Origin: Chrysomallon squamiferum
Lineage: Eukaryota; Animalia; Mollusca
Assembly: GCA_012295275.1 (NCBI GenBank)
Contig: CM022665.1
Span: 14,446,001-14,510,000 of the forward strand
Direction: 5' to 3'
DNA length: 64,000 nucleotides
Numbering within the stretch: the first letter of the stretch is position 1; every line of letters begins with the position of its first letter. A program made the position numbers and the translations under genes. Below the pieces are notes generated by a model, which worked only from the letters and a program-made list of their open reading frames with translations, was not told the origin of the DNA and did no database searches. Of the stretch, positions 54,001 through 64,000 are shown piece after piece.

Positions 54001-57000
54001 GCAGTTCTTTGCATTTGTCTTTAGACAGCTCTCTGAGTGGAGTCCCATGTCTGACAGTTTCTAAATGAATGCTGAGAAGAGTCAGATGTGTTTGATGTTC
54101 TCTACTCATCACCTGTGAACTCTGTAGTAGCAGCTGCTGGAGGAAAGTATGGAGGGATGGAGGAAGTATCCAATTATTATCAACCTAGAAAAAACACAAA
54201 GGAAAATACAATGAAGGGTAATGATAATAAAAAGTAATAATAATTATAAATAATGTTATTCATAGAGGGCAAGGCAAAGGAGGCAAACTGGCCAAGAGAA
54301 AGGAAAATGTTTTAAAGAACAATAAGTTTCTTTAATTACTAAGTACATATTAGAGCATAAGTTTACAACATAATTATATGTTTTTAGGGGTGCTGGTAGT
54401 GGGTTTATTTACTACCTTGAAGATACTTCCCACCCATTTTCAGAAATCCTGTATCCACCACTGCATATCTATACATACCTGTAAACCCGTCTCCATTCTT
54501 GTTTTGGAAGAAGAAATCATGCAGAGTTTGTCTGTCAGATATTGAATGTATTCCATGGAACAGTGTGCTGATCCAAATTCTAGAAAAACATTTCTTGGAT
54601 CCAGTCCAAGAAATCTCACAAATTCTGTTAGCAGTCTAAAGTGTGTTTTTGATCCAGCCAGTGAAAATAAAACAGGAGTGACATCATCAGCGAGAACCAG
54701 TCTGTCCAGGTCCTCGCAATCCTCCTCGGTTTCATTCTTAGAGATGTCAGGTCGCCAAGGCAACCAGTGGAACAATTCTCGTAAATTTTCAATTTTCAGC
54801 CATATTTCCCATTTGGGCAGATTTTGCTGCATTATTTCTTCCTCTAGTTCAAGAGTGTTTTCTATTAAAAAAAATAAAAATAAAAATAATAATAATAATA
54901 AAAAATAAAGATGAAGAAAAAGAAGGAATATTAACAGAAAAAAACAAATTAAAAATAAATAAAATCAGTATTTTAACGTACTGGTATATATTTTCAAATG
55001 GAATATTAAAGCTGAAACATCCACACTCACTCACAAACATAAAAGTCTTCAAACATATGTATTAGTAATATATAAATTAAAAAATATACAAAATAATGAC
55101 TTTGATCACAATCTGGCAAACATAAATAAGAATTATAAACAAACACTAACAGATTTGGTAGAAGTGAACACAAAAATACGAAAACATTACACAAGTGCAT
55201 TTGAAAGCCACCATTAACTGTAACAAAAGATCTAAGTTACTCACCCACTCACATTCACCAAGTACCTGGCCACTCATTCCCACTGTCTGAACTTTATCAT
55301 TCATTTTCTCACTTGATTACCTGATAATATAGGCTGAACAGTTTCAGCCACAGTCTTTTCTTCCATCCACTTCGCCCAGCCTTGGGCACCTGGCTCGCCA
55401 AACCTTGGCACACTGCTGTCCCAAAAACTCTCAAATAAAGCTGACTTATCTGCTCCTGACAAGCTCTTCAAGGTGGGAGGTAGAAAAATATTGAATTCTG
55501 CCAAAGCCTGAAAACTTGCAACTGCTTTCTCAGTGTGGCCTGACTGCTGAAGAAAATAACAGTACTGGACAAAAATATCTGAAACAGATCATTTGAAATT
55601 TGTTTTAATAAAGGCAAAAGACAGAGTAACACATATCAAAAATTGAATTACCCATGTTAAACATTATTCCACTATAATATTTTCCTAAGGTGATGAAACA
55701 TGCAGATGTCTATTTAATTATAAAAAAATATTTTACAACAGATTAAAAACACAAATATTTTATGATGTATTTTAAACACAGATATTTGATAACAGATTTA
55801 AAACACAAATAGTTAACAACAAATTTTAAATATTACCAATCATGCCATCTTGCAGGTTGTCTGAAACATCAGCAGAATGTAACTGCCCTTCCATGACAGA
55901 GACCAGTGTCTTCAAACATTTGTGATAAAGTTTGGTCATTCTTGACACTGAGAATCCTGATAGTTTTGACTGGTAATGTAGTAAGTAGTAACGCCATACT
56001 TGAACATTACCAGAGTGAACAAACAACAGACTATCCCACTTCTTGTCAACTTCTTCAGAAGACAAGACATCTTCACTCAGCTTCAGTTGGCCTACTTTTA
56101 ATTCGAGAGAAGAAGGGTTAGCTTCTAAAGCTTTTGCAAAAATGGACAATTTTTTCTCTATGACTGCCTTTGATGATGAAGCAAATTCTTTTTGGGTTAT
56201 TTTGCTCCCTTGGTTATGAAGAATTTCAAAAACATGATCTTGAAATTTGATGAACTCCATCCAAAGGCTGACATCTTTGGGTGTTTCCCTCAGTCTTTTG
56301 TTGAAAATTCCTACTTTTTGTAAGATCTCGCTCATTTGAAAACCTGAAGAGATTCCACTGTCATCAGCTCCTGATTCAGACACACTCTGTCCTTGCACAT
56401 ACATCTGAGTGGATAGATCCATGATTCCAAATGGGTCAACATTTTCTGCTCCTTTAATCTCATCACCCTTTACATTTGTTTCATCAGGTAACAATTTAAT
56501 ATAAGAATTTTCATCTGTGGATATATTTGTTTTCAAAACTCTGCTGCCAGCTGACCAGACAGATTTTCTGCTTTCTTTTGAATAATATCTGTCTTTATTA
56601 GATTCTTTCTTCTTTTTAGATTTTCCACTGTTTAAAAATATTTTGTTATCTGCAGTTGATCCAAGACACAGTCTTGACACATGTCTGAATCGAGCTATAT
56701 GTGATTCACAGAGACAGCCATATGTCCACAGGATTTTGTCTCGCTTTCGCTCTATTCTGTAGGCATGTTCAGGAAGAAGTCCTGGTATCTCTTCTAAAAA
56801 GATTTTACCTGGAGGAAAGCTAAATGATTCAGATGTTGGCACACTGAAAATAATAAATATATAATGATAATGATAATTGATGATGATGATGATGATTATG
56901 ATAATGAAATTTATAACCATTGGCTAGTATTCATTCAAACTAAATGAATCTGTAGAAAAATAATATAAACAGATATATACTTCATGTTAGAATTAATTCT

Positions 57001-58535
57001 CCTAGGGCACAAATAGAAATACTTTATTCTTTTATTATTATTTTATTTTTAAATAACTGGAAGCTAAATGTCCCGAACTATGCATGAACTGACAAATAAG
57101 GCTGTCAGTGTCACCAGCAGGGTTACCAGTTTTTAGATAAACAGGATCTATTTTGCTTTTGCTGTTTCTGACATTATTAGCAACATGTGAATTTACTAAA
57201 ATTCAAAAACACACAAAAATAACATTTAAAAATAATCTATGTATGCACTTACATCTTTGTCTTTTCTTTGGTTTCCTTTCTGACAGAAACTTCCTCTGAT
57301 TCATGTTTCTTTTTGTGTTTGTGTTTTGACTTTTTAGCTTTCTTTTTATCCCTTTCTTTCTCTGAAGTGAGATAAAACGGACATGTCTGATATAAATACT
57401 CATTTTACTTTTTATAAAATAAATGTTATCTTCAAACATCCCCACAAATTTTATATTGGGTATAATTACTATAAATATTATCTGATTTAAAAGTACATAC
57501 ATGAGTGTGGGTGTGCATGTATAGGTCTACAGTGCTTAATGAAATTTAGCTCCTTTTGTTACTATTTATTCATTTATTTTTTTAAATTGGTCTATACAAT
57601 AGCATACATCTATAAAAATCATAATTTTATTAAGGTTGATGGTTTTTACCTAATTTTAACTTTTCACTTTCTTTGCACAGCATCCTCAGTTTTTTCAACA
57701 TTGGTTCCTGAATTTCATCCTTTTCTGCATCTCTGAATCAGAAGAAAATGTTATATATAGATATATCACATATACATTTAAATTATTAATAATAAGAAAA
57801 ATCTGTTAAAACTAGTCAATGTCAACAAACATTAAAAAGACTAGTACTACTACTAATAATAATATAGAAAACACACATAATTTATAATACTGGTAACAAA
57901 AACATATATAATAGTTTTAAACAGTTTTAAATTATCAAAAATAAAATAAAATAAAATAAAATGAAATAAAGAAATATTAAAATGTTTCAAACCTAGATGT
58001 AACTACTTGATCTTGCAGTGACTCATATTCAGCCACTTTCTTCTGCAAATCACTGACGGTTTCAGCTGCTTGGTAACCGAAACTTTCATTCTTAAGCCAA
58101 TCGAGTGACTTAGCTGGAAGAAAAAACCGATTAATATGTATTAGAACAGAAGAAAGAAAGAAATCTAAATAAACTTATTTTCACATACATTGTGTCAGGA
58201 TATTTTAATATATAAGAATTAGAATTTAAAGCAATTTAATTTGTTTTTGTTTTAAAAGTTATTATTTAGATTAAAAATTCAGCTGTAAATGTAACTCATT
58301 TTTGTTTTCTCCGATAATACATCAGTAACGGCGATACAACATTCCATTACAAATCTTTATTTTCATGTTACGCAGACACTTCGTTCATCTACATCAATCA
58401 CTAAAATACTTCTAATCTAAAAAAAATACTTTGTTCAGTAGATGATGTTGCTGTTGGCAAACATCCAGCAGACGGAAAAAGTGGGAAAACAGGTTGAACA
58501 TTTGGATGATCATTGTTTTCACTGGGCGCATCCAT
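51004..58535 (-). CDS. NRDE2: Nuclear exosome regulator NRDE2 (HAT-repeat protein), ~1180 aa
   Basis: Exons (minus) 58535-58430, 58113-57993, 57732-57650, 57361-57253, 56843-55837, 55578-55321, 54861-54479, 54184-53101, 52739-52618, 51876-51805, 51201-51004, all in phase. Motifs LFPS, LDWLKNESF, Lys/His-rich stretch, FNKRLRETPKDVSLWMEFIKFQD, QSGHTEKAVASFQA, FWDSSVPRFGEPGAQGW, HWLPWRP...EDLDRLVL, CPLLWRLY, FYRSLQQCPWAKVLY, MMEKEIRIQIPVEE. Confidence 0.95.
51310..51413 (-). mobile_element. Degenerate tRNA-derived SINE head in NRDE2 intron 10
   Basis: Minus strand reads AGACATAACTCAGTGATAGA (A-box-like) ... CAGATCAATCCC (B-box-like) at tRNA-like spacing, with CpG-decay type substitutions; no intact cloverleaf. 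Confidence 0.45.
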
Positions 58536-58596
58536 TACTTGTTTGTTCGTATTGTATATTTTACTTCCGTTTTGAGCACTATGACAATTAATAAAA

Positions 58597-58639
<43 letters not shown>

Positions 58640-59407
58640 AATAAAATAAAATAAATCAACTGAAATATACTTAACAACATCACATTTTCAACATCATTTG
58701 GTGTCATTCAACTGTTTTTAATACAAATGTTTACTCCATTTTATGGAATACTATTAAGGATCAATAGCAAGAGATCGTTTATAAACATACCTTCCTATAG
58801 GCAGACCTATTATCAACATCTAAAGGATCTACCTAAAAATACAAAATATTACTGTATGTCTGATAAATAAACCGAGTGTCATTTAAATAAAATACAACGT
58901 CGGATAAATATTTAGTTTATTTTGATTAATAATTTACTATAAAGATAAACATATCAAATGTTACTAATTAATTAATAAATCAATTATCTCTGCGTCTCAC
59001 ATTAATTTGATGTAGCAGTACATAGCAATAGATATCATTATGCATATAGCAGTATTTAAATTACGTCTGTAAGAAAAAACCCACACCGATGTTACATTTT
59101 TCACCTTTACTTTTACTATTAAATTATGTCTTTTTAGATACTTTAATTGGGATTTACCAAACGTGCACGTGCGTGTGTGTTATAAAAGTACATAGCAATT
59201 AAATGTCATAACTCAAAGTAATTTAAACTTTTTTTTATTATTATTAAAGACTAGATATCTAATTATTATTTAGCATAGTTATACACTAATCAGGCATGAC
59301 TTCTTTCTCTACGTGTTTATACTTGTTTAGTTTATATAGCGATGAAATAATGGGTTCTCAGACTGATAATCGTCTTGTGTTTCCATGAAATACATTTTAT
59401 ATATATA

Positions 59408-59438
<31 letters not shown>

Positions 59439-60075
59439 TTTAAATCGTATATTGGTAAATATACTTGTAATTGCGTTTTACAGGTTCGCCAGTATACATT
59501 GCCGTCAGTTCTGAAAAACTAATGACAAACAAACAGGCAATGCGCTACTAATGGGACACTGACTCGTCAGCAAATACTCAGGATAGTTGTGAAGCGGAAC
59601 ACGAAGTCTAATTAATTATAATATATGATCGTGAACTGCTTTTTTCTGCCAGCAGGAAACCATTCAAATAAGCAGTCGCTACAGATCAGACACCTGTTAG
59701 GCTTTTATAGTAAACAGTCGTGCCTTATTTTATATTTTTTCAGTATAATGACATTGTAATTTAATTTTATTCCCGTTTACTTCAGTCAGTTATCATTTAC
59801 AAGTCGAGAACGAGTTGCTCATGGGTATCTTAATTACGTCCGTTTTGAAAACTGTCATGCTCAAACTGTCACATACAGAACTAACTAATACTAGGTTTTT
59901 AAAAACGTTTCCGTTTTTCACATTACACGTCATTTCAAAGAAACAGCGAATTTCAGCATTAGCACCAAAATATTACCTGTACACGTGTTAAGCGAATTTT
60001 AATTTATGACTTGTATTAATGGTTATTTAACTAATTATTCTTTATTAATAATTTAATTATATTTAGTAATGCATA

Positions 60076-60122
<47 letters not shown>

Positions 60123-60393
60123 TTGCATACGTATAAAAATATGTATTCCACAGCAGTGTAATTTCTACCACAGCAGCTATGTACATAAAAATAATGTAAA
60201 AACTACTAGAAGTACATATCTAATAGTTAATTTTTCGAAAATAAATCAAGAATGTCACAAAATATCTACATACTCTTTATTTGTATACTAATTTAATTAA
60301 TCCACTAATGTGTTCAGAAAAATCCATTAATTCATTATTCGATAATAATAATAATAATAAATAAATAAATAAATAAACATTTTCAACCCCAAT

Positions 60394-61752
<1,359 letters not shown>

Positions 61753-62019
61753 CGAATACTGTCGGATCATTTTCTGAGATCTGTACAGTGTGAAAGCATT
61801 AAAAATATATTGTATCTTGTCATTGTTTCGCAGACCAATTTTGGTCACGGTAACCTAATACGTTTCCAGTAAAACAACACCAGTAACATTTCCGTTCATT
61901 TAAATCCCGCCATCATAAACAACGGACCCAAACAACCACTGCGTATAGAATGAAACAGTACCGCGGGACAAAGCAGAACAATAATCGAACAACTCGTGTC
62001 AATCATAAAAGATCTAAGT

Positions 62020-62530
62020 TCGATCGGATTGGCCAGGCTGTGTGCGAGACAATCAACAAAAGACGTGATTACGCTCAGGTAATGCGTAAATACTAGCCAA
62101 GCATTTATGCATCACCCAAAATAATAACAATAATGAAAATAAAACACAGACCGCGTTTATTTCTTGTTCTATACAGTTGTCTGTGTGTATGCTTCGGCGT
62201 GCTCGTTGCAATGACGACCGAACAGAGGTATCCAGCGTAACGTTTTCGTTACTGAATTCTTGTGCTTAAAAACTGATGTTTGTAACGCCACAGAAGGCGC
62301 GCGACGACAAAGGTACTGACGGTAGAGAAGATAAAACATCGACGACCACGACAACACTACAGCCTCGCAAGTGTTGGATAGGAGATTCGCATCCGTGGCC
62401 GCCTGATGTTCCGATTTTGACTAAGGGAAGGGTAAGTGCCTCTGGGTCAGGATCTGCGCGGCCTGGGAGAAGAGTACCCACCCCGGTGCGGCAGGCAATC
62501 AGTGGAGAATGGGCGCTGAAAGAGTGTGAG
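62020..62530 (+). promoter_or_regulatory. Probable promoter and first (5' UTR) exon of a further gene extending beyond the window
   Basis: GC/CpG-rich island in AT-rich surroundings, CGGATTGGCC (CCAAT) at ~62025, strong donors GG|GTAAGT (62432) and GAG|GTAAAT (62531); no recognisable protein. Confidence 0.5.
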
Positions 62531-63314
62531 GTAAATATCTATATTTTTCTTTCTTTTTTTTTCTTTTCTTTTTTCTTTTTCTTTTTTTTTCAAAATTCTT
62601 TATAACACACCTAACAAACATTAATATTAAGTGTTATTTGATACCTGTCAAACACAAATTTTGTTTATTTATCTATTTATTTATTTAAATCTCTTCAATC
62701 TTCATTTGTACTTTGCATTTTGATATGCGTGAGTCTGTGCAAATATTTTTGTTCATATTTAGCACTGGGAAGCAATACTCAATACTATGACTGAAGTTTA
62801 TATAACTTCGAAAATCTAACCTGCTACTTATAATTATGTTAATTCTTGTTGAGAAGTCATATTTCTTTCACGTTTCTTTTGTGACATGCAAGTCACACAA
62901 TTATTTATGAAATGATTTATTCACCTTCTCGCAGGCTGTCATAGCGGGTGTTATGTTTGTAAATTAAACCTTAGTACATGCAACCTATGTTCATGCATGT
63001 CATTTCTGTGTCTGCAGTGTAAACTAAGCTGGTTTGGGGAACACTGAGAAGAAAACGAAATATTACCTGTCCTTTTTAAAACGCTGACTGTTTTACAACA
63101 TTAACTTTTGACCTCTCAAAACATCAAGATGTCGAAACATTACAAGGGGTTAACATTTGAGCTAGTAACACGCAGCTGCCGTTGCCCTTACCGTGTCAAA
63201 GAAATGAAATTGCAAAACAGATAATAATCTGAATAGGTCAAGACAAAAACGTAATGTTGATTGTAACTGTAGTGTGTATTCCTTGGTATTCCTCAGTTAT
63301 TTGGTAATGGGGGA

Positions 63315-63315
63315 C

Positions 63316-63385
<70 letters not shown>

Positions 63386-63960
63386 CACCACCACCACCAA
63401 GAAACAAACAATAATAACAATAATAACAATGACAATAATGATTATGATGATGATTATGATGATGATCAACTTAACATAGTTATAATTACAGGAGTAGTAT
63501 AGATACTGCTAGTTATATCAGTGGTTATATTCGTGGTGGTTATGGTAGTAGTTGTTACAGCAGTAGTAATGGCTATCACTGCTGCAGTAAAAACAGCATA
63601 AACAACAGAAGTAGTAGTGTTGATGGATATTATAGTGGTGGTTGTAATAATAGTCACAGTGGTGACTGTGCTGGTTTTAGTAATATAAGTCGTATTTTTA
63701 GTAGTAGTAGCAACAGCAGTGGTTGTTGTAGTAACTTTAATAGTAAGTGTAGTAGTATTTGTAATAGTATTTGTAGTAATAGTTGTACTAATAGTATTAG
63801 TATTAGTAGGAGTGGTGGTTGTAGTAGTAGTAGTAACAGTATCAGTACTAGCAGTGGTAATAACAGTGTTGGTAGCATTAGTAGTAATATCAATATCAGT
63901 AGTAGTAAATATTGTTATTGTTGTTGTAACAGTAGTAGTTGTAGCAACAATTACTGGTTG
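63315..63960. repeat. (TA)n(GA)n followed by a long degenerate (GTA/GTG/GTT)n tract
   Basis: Three-base periodic low-complexity sequence giving Val-, Leu- and Thr-rich ORFs. Confidence 0.8.
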
Positions 63961-64000
63961 TAGCAGAAAAATATAAGAACAAGAACAATAATAACTCGGA

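Noticed and set aside
55735-55815. Short ~28-bp imperfect tandem repeats (CRISPR-like spacing?)
   Set aside because: Degenerate intronic minisatellite with no unique spacers and no cas genes; eukaryotic context.
53232-56121. Plus-strand ORFs within NRDE2
   Set aside because: Antisense shadows of long NRDE2 exons.
59484-59611. Exon-like segment after TTTTACAG
   Set aside because: Stops in the reading frames, no clear donor and no recognisable product.

Overview
AT-rich, microsatellite-dense, intron-containing animal genomic DNA; the repeat landscape suggests a mollusc (inference only). I reconstructed four complete spliced genes by hand from GT-AG sites with consistent phases. (1) A ~932-aa protein with five PLAT/LH2 domains (LOXHD1-like), minus strand, 3756-20020. 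(2) An atypical Cdc42/RhoJQ/RhoUV-type GTPase, plus strand, 33475-35577, lacking both the CAAX box and the Rho insert. (3) GFM2 (mitochondrial ribosome-releasing factor 2), plus strand, 44046-50004. (4) NRDE2, minus strand, 51004-58535, convergent with GFM2. A probable first exon of a further gene lies at ~62.2-62.5 kb. Mobile DNA includes a decayed Mutator/MULE with TIRs, a young pogo/Tigger-type non-autonomous element, a hAT-Tip100 (Zaphod-like) end and SINE remnants. The most notable items are the prenylation-free, insert-less Rho with a MinD-like amphipathic tail, PLAT domains with a conserved charged insertion and linker microexons, an intronic in-frame duplicate of the NRDE2 tail, and a sharp CpG mosaic. 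There are no prokaryotic systems, CRISPR arrays or confident RNA genes.
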